DNA from: the human T2T-CHM13v2.0 reference genome, Homo sapiens
Reading direction: 5' to 3' (one strand)
Assembly: GCF_009914755.1 (NCBI RefSeq)
Contig: NC_060927.1
Length of the DNA stretch: 64,000 nucleotides
In this document: positions 1-14,569 of the stretch, piece after piece
Numbering within the stretch: position 1 is the first letter of the stretch
How the letters are laid out: every line of letters starts with the position of its first letter
The notes under the pieces: model-generated
What the model saw: only the letters and a program-made list of their open reading frames with translations
Told to the model about the DNA's origin: nothing
Databases searched by the model: none
Made by a program: the position numbers and the translations under genes

Positions 1-525
1 TAGGAAATACAAGATAATGCTTGATGTAGAAAAAACTTTGGATAACCTTTACTCATTTTTCTTGCTTGACATAGCTAAAGGAAATTGGGTGGGGGACAGC
101 TAGTGGGGGTGCTTATTTCTTTATGCAGCAATAGTGTTATTTTAAACTTTGTCAGTGATAAATTTTTAATAGAGTAGATAAGAATCTAGCAGGAAGCTCT
201 TTCCTGGCTTCTTTGAACCTGCCCTCCCCTGAGACACATAAGATTGCAGTTCCGAGGCCTAGACTTACTTAACAGTGGCCTCCTTACGTTTCCCAGGGCT
301 TCATGATAAAGATGCCTGTTCTAGCTGTGGTTTCTGCTTTGTATTGTCTTTTTTTTTTTTTGCCCCAAATATTTCCATTTTTATTTTTTCTAATGTTTAC
401 CAACAAATGTATGTGAGAAGTACGTTTCAACCTGTAAAACATCATGCTGATGTTAGTTATTCTTTTGTTTTTCATTGTTTTCTTTGACCACTTTTCTTTT
501 TCTTTGATTTTCTCTGACATTATAG

Positions 526-607
526 GCCCTTTGGTTTCCGTTATTGGAGGCAATGATGGCCCCTCAGAAGCTGTCCAGTTCAGCCATTCCTCATCTATAC
601 TCTGAAG
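526..607 (+). CDS. VPS8: VPS8 internal coding exon (ALWFPLLEAMMAPQKLSSSAIPHLYSE + 1 nt)
   Basis: Polypyrimidine tract ending tatag (525), donor G|gtaagt at 608. 82 nt, phase 0 to 1. Joins in frame to the next exon, and the peptide is recognised as the VPS8 C-terminal region. Confidence 0.95.
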
Positions 608-971
608 GTAAGTTCTTCAGAATTCAAGTGACTGAGTCCACCTGTATCATCAGTCCAATATTTGTCTGCAGAAACTATCAGTATAATATCTTTTTCCAAT
701 AGCATATTCTTATGATTTTTCCTTAATGAAACCATATAGTATGGTTGATCTCATCTTTCATGTTTCTTTCTGATGTTCCACTCATATAATTTATCTTAAG
801 TAATTGTAGTCTTTGTAACTTGTCAACAGTTAATTTTAAAATATCAAAGAGGCCTTGGTTAGCTAAGTTTCTAAGAAGCTATATAAATGCACTGTTTTTC
901 CACAGACTTATAGGAAAAACTGAAAACTCTTATTTTAAACTAACCTTAATGTTAATATTTTGTTATAACAG

Positions 972-1054
972 CTCTGAAGTCTTTGACCATGCAAGTTTTA
1001 AATAGCATGGCAGCATTTATTGCCCTTCCATCAATCTTGCAAAGAATCTTACAG
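972..1054 (+). CDS. VPS8: VPS8 internal coding exon ((A)LKSLTMQVLNSMAAFIALPSILQRILQ)
   Basis: Acceptor ataacag|, donor CAG|gtgagt. 83 nt, phase 1 to 0, completing the split Ala codon. Confidence 0.95.
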
Positions 1055-1862
1055 GTGAGTTAAAAGGGGTGAATATTAAATATTGATTTCAACTAACATT
1101 TTAGTTATATATAAATAACAGTGAATTGGGCTAATATTTAAATGGATCTCAAGCATAATGCAGCTAATTTTTGGCAATAGCTAAATATCTAAATATCTAA
1201 CTTCCGACCCTCATTCTTGAATCTTTTCTGTCAGTTTTTTGGTGTGACTTTGCCTGACATAAGCTTGTGACCTTCAGTTAGGGCGTGCGGCCTTCAGATA
1301 TTCCCTGTTGCCTTGGGATTCAGATATACAAGTTTCCTATTGGTTTGCTAACTGGGAGGGAGTTATCAGCTGATTATAATTTTTAGATTCCAAAAAGATA
1401 ATCTAAAAATTAATACAGGAATTTCCTAAGCATTGGTTGTTATTTAGGCTTTCTAACTCATCCTAAAATTATTTTTGTCTTGAATACTCATCCTTGACTC
1501 TAAATTCTAGCTGGCTTTGTGTCCAAAGCTTTTGTAGGAAGCATTATTTTGGTTTGCTTCTTTCAACAAAAAAGCCTGAACCTTCTCGGCTTCATCAAAA
1601 GAGAACACTCAAAATACTCCAAGATATATTTTTAGAAAAAAACCTGTGAGCATTCTTGGGGAAACAACAGGAATTATACTTAGAATCCATTTTGTCTATC
1701 CTCACTTTATTCAGTATAGGCATACATGTGCATGCACCCCGCCCCCCTCCCACACACATACAAAGCAAACCGTAATATGATGCCATTAGTCTTTATAATT
1801 TTCAAATGATTTTTATTCAATGAAGAATGTTCCTGTCAGCTCTTTTAAGACTCACCAAGCTT

Positions 1863-2236
<374 letters not shown>

Positions 2237-2281
2237 CTACATCCTGTAGTCTTTGTCATTACATGGTATACTATCATTTAG

Positions 2282-2582
<301 letters not shown>

Positions 2583-5043
2583 AGAACACATTTTTACATG
2601 TATTATTTCATTTGATCTTAGCAATTATCATGTGTTGAATAATTCTTTGATATAGACTGCTTCACATATCCATTTTAAAGCTCATTACTTATGAGGTTTC
2701 TAATCATGTATAAAGTAATATCTCCATAAGGGCAGGAATACTTTTCCAAGTAAGTTATAAGAAATGAAATCATAAAGCCAAATGGGTTCTCTCTGTGCTA
2801 TACATTTTGCTTTATATTGAGCTTTAACCACACATTATGATATGTAAATTATAACAAAAACATGTTTTTCTCTTGGCAAAAACATGATTTTTAAAATTTT
2901 TTATATTTCAAGACTTTGGAATCTAGAAGTCTCTTGATATTTGAAAATCTTCACTTTATTTTGAGTTATACTGGCATTCATTATAATTTTTTCTTATCAT
3001 TTTCTATTTTCAATGGTTGTTAACTCCCACTAATCAGGAAGGTATGCTATTTCTTAAATTCCTCATTTGCATGTTTGTGATTACTGTAATTATGCTACCT
3101 TATATTTGTACAGAGATTTTTATTTTTCAAGGTGCTTTCACAGATATCATTTCATTTGAAGCCCACAACAATCCCTTGAGGTAGGCAGGGCTACTATAAA
3201 CATTTCTGCTGAAAAAAGAAGAAACTGAAGTATAGAGAAGTTGAGTTCTTAGCCTATCATTAGCAGCAGAACCTGGACCACCCCCTAAGTCTCTCACTTC
3301 CTAATTCACGTTCTTTTTTATTATGTCATGTGAGCTTTTTTTATTTGTTTATGTCCCTGGTCTTTTGAGTTCATTATTAATTAAATATATTAATTGTATG
3401 TTATGCTGTTTAGATGAAAGGCATAGTTCTGAACCCATAAGAGCTCTTATTTAAGAGACAAAAAATGTGCTGATACAACTATTCATAGGGCTCTATTCAA
3501 GTAATAGTGGCCACCTTTAGGATTATCTGCTCTGAATCCATATAGGATAATTGCCATGCCTACATTTCTATACTTAATCTGCGTAAGAGCAGAAGGAGCT
3601 GTGGGAAAGTGTGACCCTGCCTCCTGGGTCCAGCTGATTGACTCGGGGTGAGCAAATGGCCTAAACAAGGCCAATCAGTGTGCTTTCCAGGACATTTTGG
3701 AACTGAACTTGGAAAAGATCTATAAGTCTCTCGTTAAGTCTCTGGATTACATCAGGTACAAATTTCAGGAACGGACAGTTCCTGTTTTTCCATTATATGG
3801 ACTGGAAGAGTGAAAAAGCATAATCTGTAGAGAGAAGGAGACGAATGTAGTAGACACTAAGAAGAGACACACAAATGGATACAATGCATAAAGAGGATTC
3901 AAGACATAGAGACGAGGAGAGGAGACCATGTGGGGAGAAAAAGCTGATGCACATGAGTCTCTCATTGTGACTCTTAAGACTTACCAGCATTCCTCTTCTT
4001 AGATCTGTGAAATACCCTAGCATCTTTACAATAATTAACTTTTTTGAGTAAGTTAGATTGAGTGGTATTTATGGCTATATATGACCAAAGGAGTACCAAT
4101 AAAAGTATATACCTGAAACAGAGTAGGAAATTTGGAAAGATTTCCTGGAAGAGGAGATGTCTGAGCTGATTCTTAAAAGAGTCTAAGGAAATCAAGGAAA
4201 GAAAGGAGGTAGGATTATTCTATATACACAAAGACTTTGAGGTGAAAGCATGGTACTTTTGGAAAGTTACAAGTTTTTTAAGTGTGCTCAGAACATAGGA
4301 TAAGAATAAAGAAAAATTACAGAGCTGAAATTTGAGAGATAGGCAGGGACTGTGTCTTTAATTGCTTTATAATTCATGATAAGGAGTTTGGATTTTATTC
4401 TAAAATCAGTTGTCATCAAGATTTTTAGCAGAGGAATGACTCAGACACAAGGGGAGGGGAGTAAAACACAGGGCTGAAAATGAGGATTTGGGGAAAGTCT
4501 GCTGATGGTATTCCCCGTGCTCCTCTTCCCCCTTCCAGCAGCCATCAGACGCACTCACTTCTCATGAAGGAGACAGAGGTTCATTTTCTTGAGACACTGA
4601 ACGATCTCAGAGGAATAAACCCTAAACAGATTGGATGCTTCAGGTTTTCCTCAAGAAAAAGGCTGGCTAGCTGTCCTGTCACTCTCCATGGAGCTGCATC
4701 AGTCAGCAAGCCTCAGTTACACAACCAGGCCTTTCATTGAGGTTTAGTATTTCTATTATTAAGTACTAGAGCAGTATTAGATTTACAGAGAAATTAAACA
4801 GAAAATACAGAGAATTCCCTTTTACCCCTTCTCCCTCCCACACTCAGTTTTGCCTACGGTTAACATTTTTGTATTAGTGTGGTATATTTGTTACAATTGG
4901 TGAATTAATATTGATATATTATAATTATTAACTAAAGTCCATAGTTTACATTAGCAATCACCCTTTGTGTTGTACAGTTGTATGGGTTTTGACAAATGCA
5001 TAATGTCCTATATCCACCATTACCATATCATACACTGCTCTAA

Positions 5044-5416
<373 letters not shown>

Positions 5417-7417
5417 TAACTGTCCCTATAGTTTTACCTCTTCCAGAATGTCATATAGTTGGAATCATAGAGTGCGTAGTCTTTTCATATTGGCTTTTTT
5501 CACTTAGCAATATGCACTTAAAGTTCTTCCATTTCTTTTGGGGGCTTGATAGTTCATTTCTTTTTATCTCTGTATATTCCATTGTATGGATGTTCCACAG
5601 TTTTGTCTATCCACATACCTATCAAAGAACATCTTGGTTGCCTTCCAGTTCTGAAAATTTTCAGTAAAACAGCTATGAACATTCATATGCAGGCTTTTTG
5701 TGTGGACTTAAGTTTTAGACTCATTTGGGTAAATACCTAGGAATGTGATTGCTGGATTATATAAGACTATGCTTACTTTTGTAAGAAACTGCCAAACTCT
5801 GCTCCAAAATGTCTATACCATTTTACATTTCCGCCAGCGCTGAATGAAAGTTCCTGTTGCTCCATATCTTAGCAGCATGTGGTATTGTCAGTGTTTTGGA
5901 TTTTAGACATTCTAGTAGACGTGTAGTAGTCTCATCATTGTTTTAATTTGTAGTTCTCTTACAACATGTGATATTGAGCTTTTACGTGCTTTTTGAAGTG
6001 TTTGTTTTCTTGTTGTTGGGTTTTAAGGATTCTTTGTATATTTTGGATAAGGTTCTTTATCACATGCGTGTTTTTGCAAATATTTTCTCCCACTCTGTGG
6101 CTGGTCTTTTTATTCTCTTAACAGTGTGTTTCACACAGCAGAAGTGTTTGCTTTTAATGAAGTCTAGTTTATTGACTTTTTCTTCCATGGAATATGCTTT
6201 TGATGTTGTATGTAAAAACTCATCACCAAACTCAAGGTTACCCAGATTTTTCTCATTTGTTTTTTCCTAAAAGTTTTGTATTTTTGCATTTTACACTTAG
6301 AGCTATGATCCATTTTGTGTTAATTTTGGGGGAAAATATATGGTCAGTGTTGATTCATTTTTCTGCATGTGAATATACACAGTTGGAACTAGTTCCAACA
6401 CTGCTTGTTGAAAGGACTGTCCCTTTCTCCATTGAATTGCCTTTGCTTAGTTTACCATATTCATATGGGTCTATTTCTGGGTTTTCTGTTCTTTTACAAT
6501 GATCTATTTTCTATTCCTTCACCAATACCAACACTGTCTTGATTAGTTTTATAGTAGGTCTTAAAGTCAGGGAGTGACAATCATCCAACTTTGCTCTTCT
6601 TCATTATTGTGTTGGCCATTCCTTGTCTTTTGCCTCTCTGCTTTAAACTTCAGAAACGGTTTGTTGATATCTACAAAGTAACTTGCTGGAATTTTGATTA
6701 GGAATACATTGAACTTATAGATCAAATGAAGAACTAACATTATAACAATATCAAATCTTTCTGTTCATGAACATGAAATATTTCTCCATGTATTTAGATC
6801 TTCTTTGCTTTCCCTCATTAGAGTGTTACAGTTTTCTTCATACAAACTGTGTATATTTTATTAGACATATCTAAATATTTCTCTTAGGTACTAATGTGAA
6901 TAGTATCTTTTTAATTTTAAATTCTAACTGTTGGTTGCTGGCATATTGGAAACCAATTGACTTTGTATAATAACCTTGTATCCTGTAACTTTGCTATAAT
7001 CACTTAATTGTTTCAGGGTTTTTTAGACAATCATGTCATCTGCAAACAAAGACAGTTTTATTTCTTCCTTCCCAATCTGTATATCTTTTGTTTCCTTTTC
7101 TTGTCTTATTGCTGTAACTAGAACTTCCAGTACAGTGTTGAATAGGAGTGGTGAGAGGGGTTATCTTTGCCTTATTTTCTGTCTTAGAAGAAAGGCAGTT
7201 TCTCACCATTAAGTATGATGTTAGCTGCAAGGTTCTTATAGATACTGTTTATCAAGTTTAGGAAGTGTCCCTTCCTTCCTTGTTTGCTCACAGTTTGTCT
7301 ATCATGAGTGGGCGTTGGATTTTATCAAGTGCATTTTCTGCATCTGCTAATATGATCATATGATTTTTCTTATTTAGCCTGTTGATGTGGTGGATTACAG
7401 TAATTGATTTTTCTTGT

Positions 7418-7553
7418 CTTTTTTTTTTCCTTTTTTGTGGAGAATGGGGTCTCACCGTGTTGCCCAAGCAGGTCTCACCCTGGGCTCAAGCCATCCTCCC
7501 GCCTCTGCCTCCCTAAGTGCTGGGATTACAGGCATGAACCACCACACCCAGCC
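7418..7553 (-). mobile_element. Alu left monomer (FLAM-like)
   Basis: Antisense single arm ...gcctccctaagtgctgggattacaggcatgaaccacc. Confidence 0.75.
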
Positions 7554-7778
7554 CATTAATTGATTTTTAAATGTTGAACCAGCCTTGCATACCTGGGATA
7601 AATCCCACTTGGTTGTTATGTATAATTCTTTTTATACATTAGTGGATTCAATTTGCTAATATTTTGTTGAGGATTTTTGCATCTCTGTTCATATAGTTTC
7701 CTTTCTTGTAATATCTGTGTCTGGTTTTGGTATTAGGGTGATGCTGGCCTCAGAGAATGAGTTAAGAAGTGTTCCCTC

Positions 7779-8189
<411 letters not shown>

Positions 8190-10414
8190 TTAATCCACGT
8201 TAAATCCTCTCTACTCTGTCTCCTAGAATATTTTAGGAGTTAAGTTTTTTCTCCCTTGCCTTTCCACCCTCACTGCAGCCCCAATCACACCTGTAAATAT
8301 AAACTCTTTTTGAGCCCTGCCTTCATATTAGCTTACCCCCGAGGCTGTGAGTTTTGTAAAAGCAGAGATCGTGTCTCCCTTGTTCACTATGTTACCTACA
8401 ACACCCAGTGCAGTGCCTGAAACATAGTATATGCCCATTAAATATTAGTTGACTCCTTCACCTAATGTCCTTCTATAGTTCTCACCAGTTTACAAATCAC
8501 TTTAGTGTTCATTATCTTCTCTGATCTCTAACTGTGCAGATTGAGCTGGGGATGTAGCAATACCTCATGTATCTCATGAGAAAAGTGCCACTCAGAAAGA
8601 TCAAATAATTTGTCTTAGTTTATTCAGTTTTGAAATGGGAACCACTAGAATTAATCCAGGTCTGCTAACTTCAAGTTTTAGGGCTTTTCTTCTGTATCTA
8701 ACACTAATCAAGGCGTTTCTCATACCCACCTCACTGTATCAGATCCCCACTGAAAAAAGTAGGGAGCAGCAGTTACTTAGATGCACAATTGCTCAGATGC
8801 AAATGAAAAAATTAGTTTTTCCAAAAGAAGTGGTCACATGATAAGAGGTTCTCACAGATCTTCTTGATCTTCACGTGTTTATTCAGACTGATGCCTGGGA
8901 CCCAAATTACACCGTTTTTTTTTTTTCCATGAATATTAGGTGATAAAAGAACATTTTAAAGGACCATATTTTTGTTATATACATTCTATCTTTGCTGTAT
9001 GACTGAAGTAACTTTTAGCTTCTGAGAAGCCGTTTATTACTTTCTCACTGAGGAAAGGCAAACAAATTATTTATAGACTCTCCTGTTCAGGGCATCATTC
9101 ATATTTTAAAGCAGTGCTCAATTAATAAAGATTTTTATTTTAAACACCCACATACATGATACAATAGGTACCAGAAAGCAATAGGAAAAAAACATGGTCA
9201 TCACATCTTTTCTAGTGTGTGTCTTGAAAAACAAATTTACCTGGGTACCCAAGTATGCTCTTCCTTCATAGTTTGCAAACAAACAACTTAAGAGAAACCT
9301 CAGCATTTATTCATTGCTGAAGAATCTAGCTGACATCTTTGGAAAATAATTTGAAGAGCTAGTGGGTTGGAGCATGCTGTGCTAGAAGCTTTGAGCTCCC
9401 TTTTGCATTCTATAATTTATATGTTGTCCCAGCATGAGGTCATTTTCTTGATTTTGCTTTTAAATTATGTATATTACAGTGAGATGTACTGATACAAATA
9501 TAGAAATGACCTATAGAGATTTCCTTTTCCCAGAATTTAACCTTTTAAGACCTCTTTGTTCTCCAAACCACCCTTGTCGAAAACACATGCCAGAGCTCTG
9601 TTGTCTTATTGGATCCACATATTATAGTAAATATTATAATAGATTTTTCTAATAAGATATTGTACCATCTGTTGATATTTGACAAACGTATACTTATTAA
9701 GAACTTGACCAAAAGTATAATTAAGCATTAACAAGGGTCTATTTTTATGCAAAGAAAATAAAAAGAAAAAAATGTGCAGTGGGTATATGGCTTTGAGTTG
9801 TTTTTCTCTGAAGGACTAGTCTGAAATATCTGTATCTTGCCTTTTGGAAATGATTTCCACATATTTGACAGATATCTTTAGCTTAGTGATATGATCTCTA
9901 GCTGTGAAGTAGAAATTTTTCCTGTTAAGCTTAAGTGATGTGTTCAAGCCCAAACTTGTTAATTTGATAATTACTACACAAATACATAGTTATTTTGTGC
10001 CTTGGATTTCTTCAGCATAACCCTAGCAGTTGAAGAGTCCAGAGAAACCTCTGGCAGACAGTCTCATGCTGCTCTAGACAGACTCAAAGCACTGAAAACC
10101 AATCTTAGTTAGAAACTGCACAACCTATTCTGCAAGAGCCATCACTAGAACCCAGAAGAGAAAAGCAAATCCTGAGACAATTCTTATACAGGTTTTTCCT
10201 GCTTCCATAGCCTTTTTTCCTTCTGAACTCACAGTAACTCTTAACAGTACCAAGAGTTTAATAACCCTTACTCCCTAAGAAATAGCCAGACATGTTTCTC
10301 GTGTTTTCCAGCAATCATTAGTTTATCATTTACTTACCTATGTTAGAAACCCATATTTTCAAGCAAAAAGTAATTTATTACTTAATTTATTAGTTTTTGT
10401 ATCCAGACTTGGGA

Positions 10415-10640
10415 GACCAGTATAGTGTGTTTATTAAAAGCGTGATTTCTGAAGTACCTAGATTCAAATCCCATCTTATCTGCTTGATAGTTTTGTGACT
10501 TAGAGAAGTTTTTGTAACCTCTCTAAGCCTCAGTTTCTTTACTCATAAAACCTGTTGAAGGAACTTAGTAATATGTTAAACATAAACTGCTTAGTACTGT
10601 ACTTGGCATATGCTACTCACTTAAAGTAGCAGCTACTTTT
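10415..10640 (+). mobile_element. MIR fragment
   Basis: MIR core-like tgtgacttagagaag...taacctctctaagcctcagtttctt. Confidence 0.6.
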
Positions 10641-11970
10641 ATCATAACTGTGTAGTTGGATTCTCCTATTTGGCATGGAAAAGAGTCATTTATGTCATAT
10701 ATAACTTGATATTAGAGAAAAGTAATAGACTTGACTCATTTATTCACAGTTTTAAAATTATAATTATTAGTCTAGCCAAAGGTCAGTGAAGTGAGCACAT
10801 ACATATGCTGATGGGGATAAAAATCCTAAAATAGGTAGAGCAATTTGGCAGTATATATTGATAGCCATGAAAATGCCCTTTGAGTCTATAGTTTTCTGTC
10901 TAGAAATCTCTAAAGAAAGAATCAGAGATTCCAATTGAGATTTGCAGCCACTAGCATTTGATAATGGTGGCTGGAGTTTGGGAAAGGGGAAAAGTGAAGT
11001 GTTCAAAGCAGAAAATGAATAAAACATGATATTTTCACATGATTTATATTCTGTACCTATTAAGAAATACTTGTAATGTGTCACAAGAGTAGAGAAAAAA
11101 AAAGAAATATTTGCTGGTATGGAAAAGTGCTCACAATATACCATTGAATTAAAAAAAGATATAAAAATATTTTGTAAAATACTCAAATTTTATACACTAA
11201 AAAATACATCCCTCTTTCTCTTCCTCTTCTCACCTCTCCCAGAAACAAGACTAGAGAAATATACATCAAAATATCAACAGTGTTTACCTCTAGTTGGATT
11301 TCAGTTTTTGGTGTGGTTTTTTGTTTTTTGTTTTGTTTTTTGTTTTTTGGGGTTTTTTTTTGTACACTTCAGTGTTTCCAAAATGCACAAAATAAACAAG
11401 TTACTTGGCATACCTCATATGAAATGCAGTGGAGAGAACATTGGGTATCTAGGTATCTTTTGTTTATCAGTAGTGACCTTATTGAAAAAAACTTCAAAAA
11501 ACTGAGAGCTGTTTTCTCAGAACCTGTTTGTCTCCAAAACTGATGCAATTGAGTTGGTTAGGGGCAGGAAGTGGCTAAATGGGATCACAGGAGGAGTTGT
11601 TGGACAGATTCTGGGTATTCCTGAGTACACTGGTTTTAATGTAACATATATACGAGCTCAAAGAGGGAGAGTTGCTGTTTTATATGAAGGAGAGGAAGCT
11701 TCTTGCAGAAACAAAATAAAAGTAAAGTTTAATTAGATTTGTAAGGATTGTTAAGAAAGGGGCTTGGATAATTTAAATTTTGTTTTTCAAAAATATTTGA
11801 GATGGTCAGAGGAAGACTATGGTACATTTCCGGTGGAAAGTTCATGGAAGAATAAATATTTTGTGACTGTAGAAAAATACTTAAAAGCATTTGGCTTTTT
11901 CAGATAACTTACATTTTAAAGTAATTTTAAAATACAGAATTGTAACAGAATTGTAATTTTTTCCGATTAG

Positions 11971-12051
11971 GATCCAGTTTATGGAAAAGGAAAACTTGGA
12001 GAAATCCAGGGACTTATCTTGGGAATGTTAGATACCTTTAACTATGAACAA
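11971..12051 (+). CDS. VPS8: VPS8 internal coding exon (DPVYGKGKLGEIQGLILGMLDTFNYEQ)
   Basis: Acceptor ttttttccgattag|, donor CAA|gtaagt. 81 nt, phase 0-0. Confidence 0.95.
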
Positions 12052-12207
12052 GTAAGTAAGCTACTTGTTACATCTAAGTCTGTCCTAAGGTAGAAAAATG
12101 CTATTTTTTTTAATTTTGTACCTATACTTAAAAAAAAATTACCATCTATTTACTGGCAGTTAGGTAGACTGAGGTGTATGTGTGTGTATTTCTTTTAGTT
12201 TTTCTCT

Positions 12208-12491
12208 CGCCAGGCATGGTAACTCATACCTGTAACGCCAGCACTTTGGAAGACTGAGACAGGAGGATTGCCAGAGGCCAGGAGTTTGAGACCAGTCCAG
12301 GCAACATAGCAAGACTCTGTCTCTACAAAAAATAAAAAAAAATTAGCTGGGCATGGTGGCATGTGCCTATAATTGTAACTCCTCAGGACGATCAATTGAG
12401 CCCAGGAGTTGGAGGCTGCAGTGAGCTATGATTGTGCCACTGCACTCTCCAGGTGACAGAGCAAGACCCTTCTCTGAAAAAAAAAAAAAAA
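12208..12491 (+). mobile_element. AluJ
   Basis: Diverged Alu with J-type features (gaggccaggagtttgagacc, ttgagcccaggagttggaggctgcagtgagctatg) and an A tail. Confidence 0.85.
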
Positions 12492-12759
12492 TTCTCTTGA
12501 CCTTAATTTGTGTACACACACACACATTTCAGAATGTAGAAATGCATCTAATTCAAATTTAGTTTATTTTAATTCATTGGCAATGAAACAAATATCTTTT
12601 TTCAAAATGAAAGTGTGAGAAACTTTCTGGAAAAATAATTTAATACAAAGCTATATACCACATGAAAAGGAAGGATCAACATGAATATAGAAAATTGTAA
12701 AATAAAATTAAATGAGTATTATTTTAAACATTCTGAAACAGATAGTTGTCACTAACCAT

Positions 12760-13103
12760 TGTATTAGTTTGTTTTTATGCTGCTGATAAAGACATACCCA
12801 AGACTGGGCAGTTTACAAAAGAAAGAGGTTTATTGGACTTACAGTTCCATGTGGCTGGGGAGCCCTCACAATCATGGCGGAAGGTGAAAGGCATGTCTCA
12901 CATGGCAGCAGATAAGAGAAGAGAGCTTGTGCAGGGAAACTCCCCCTTATAATACCGTCTGCTCTTGTGAAACTTATTCACTATCACGAGAACAACACAG
13001 GAAAGACCTGCCCCCATGATTCAGTTACCTCCCACTGGGTCCGTCCCACCACACGTGGTAATTCAAGATGAGATTTTGGTGGGGACACAGCCAAACCGTA
13101 TCA
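12760..13103 (-). mobile_element. THE1-type MaLR solo LTR
   Basis: tgtattag...gctgataaagacatacccaagactggg...ggggacacagccaaaccgtatca, flanked by ccat on both sides. Confidence 0.88.
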
Positions 13104-14318
13104 CCATAAATGGTCATTAGTCTTCCCTTAACTCAAAATTGTCTTTAGCTGTAAGTCTCAGTAAGAGCCAGCTTGGTGTATGGGCTTTTTTCTTAGCGTA
13201 CTGCAGAGTAACCCATGAAGCCACCTAGGAAAAGTACCATTTAGGTCTGTTGGAGACAATGTCTGCTTTTTTTTAAGAATCCGAGAGAAGAAAAGGAAAA
13301 TCTGGGTGACAGCTTTTCTTAGAATGTTGTAAGAATTGCAGTTTGGTTAAGCGTAGCCCAGTGAAGCTTGATAACCCCTGCAGTCACAGATTCCAGGTTA
13401 GCAGAGGTATAGTTGTGTGCAAGGCAGAAAATGTTTGCCAATTTTGGAACTATGGAAGAGGAGAAAAAGATAATACTGATTGGAAAGAAGTAGAATAGAC
13501 CATTAGAACCAAAAGTATTGCATTACAGGCAAAGTTAAAGAGTTAAGCTGTATAACAAGGAGGGCAGGCAGTACCTAGCTCTATCTTCCCCTTCGGGACT
13601 GAGAGAAAAGAACCCAAATACATAGCCAGATGATATATATGAATGTTAAGAATGAGATACAGTACAAAAACAATACTATATAAATACATAGAGCCTTAAA
13701 ATGACTTAATGTGATAGCTGTTAAAATGTCTTTATGTGACTTAATGATAGATGTCATGGTCTTGAGTAGATGCAAATGACTTCTAAGTGCTGATCAGGAA
13801 AATGTGATCTCTCTGCCCAAGGAAGATGAAAATAGAGTAATGGCCATTAGCTTTACTAGTGAAAAGATATTTGAAACATTACCACGAATGCAGTTTCAGT
13901 AAAAAATCTGGGATTCAGACTTAGCTGTATTCTTTATTACAACACTCTGAGCCATTCAGAGAGCAGTTATTATATAAATGTAATAAATATATTTGGGCTT
14001 ATCTAGTCATTTGAAAGCCATCAATACTGAATGAAGCTGCAGAATGGCAGAGCTCACATTTCTCAATAGAAACTAATGACAGATTTGAGAATCTTTGTAA
14101 TGTATACACTCACCATTACTCTGCACATTGAGGTTAACTGCTTGAATTTGGGAGGTTTTGATGTTTTTTTGTTTCAACAATGTTATCCCTTTATAGTGTG
14201 TTTCAATTTTAGTTGTTGGTAGTTGAAAACTAAACAAGTGCTATTCACCATTCATCTCCTCTATCTCTTTCATCTTATAACCTTTTGTTTGTTTGTTTTT
14301 TGTTTTGGTGTTTCATAG

Positions 14319-14488
14319 ACCCTGCTGGAAACAACAACCAGCCTTCTAAACCAAGATCTCCATTGGTCATTGTGTAACCTGAGAGCTTCGGTCACCAGAG
14401 GACTGAATCCCAAACAAGATTACTGCTCTATATGTTTGCAGCAGTACAAGAGACGCCAAGAAATGGCTGATGAAATAATTGTCTTTAG
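14319..14488 (+). CDS. VPS8: VPS8 coding exon, start of RING-H2 (TLLETTTSLLNQDLHWSLCNLRASVTRGLNPKQDYCSICLQQYKRRQEMADEIIVF)
   Basis: T-rich acceptor tttcatag|, donor AG|gtaaga. 170 nt, phase 0 to 2. Contains the first CxxC (CSIC). Confidence 0.95.
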
Positions 14489-14569
14489 GTAAGAAAGGGA
14501 AGGAAATGTTACATGTATGGTACATGTACATCTGTGGCATTACCAGGCAAGAATCCACATGGATACACG

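Noticed and set aside
10009-10112. Coding-looking stretch ITLAVEESRETSGRQSHAALDRLKALKTNLS* after ttcttcag
   Set aside because: The phase does not match the upstream phase-0 exon (in-frame use stops after 5 codons), and no convincing donor follows.
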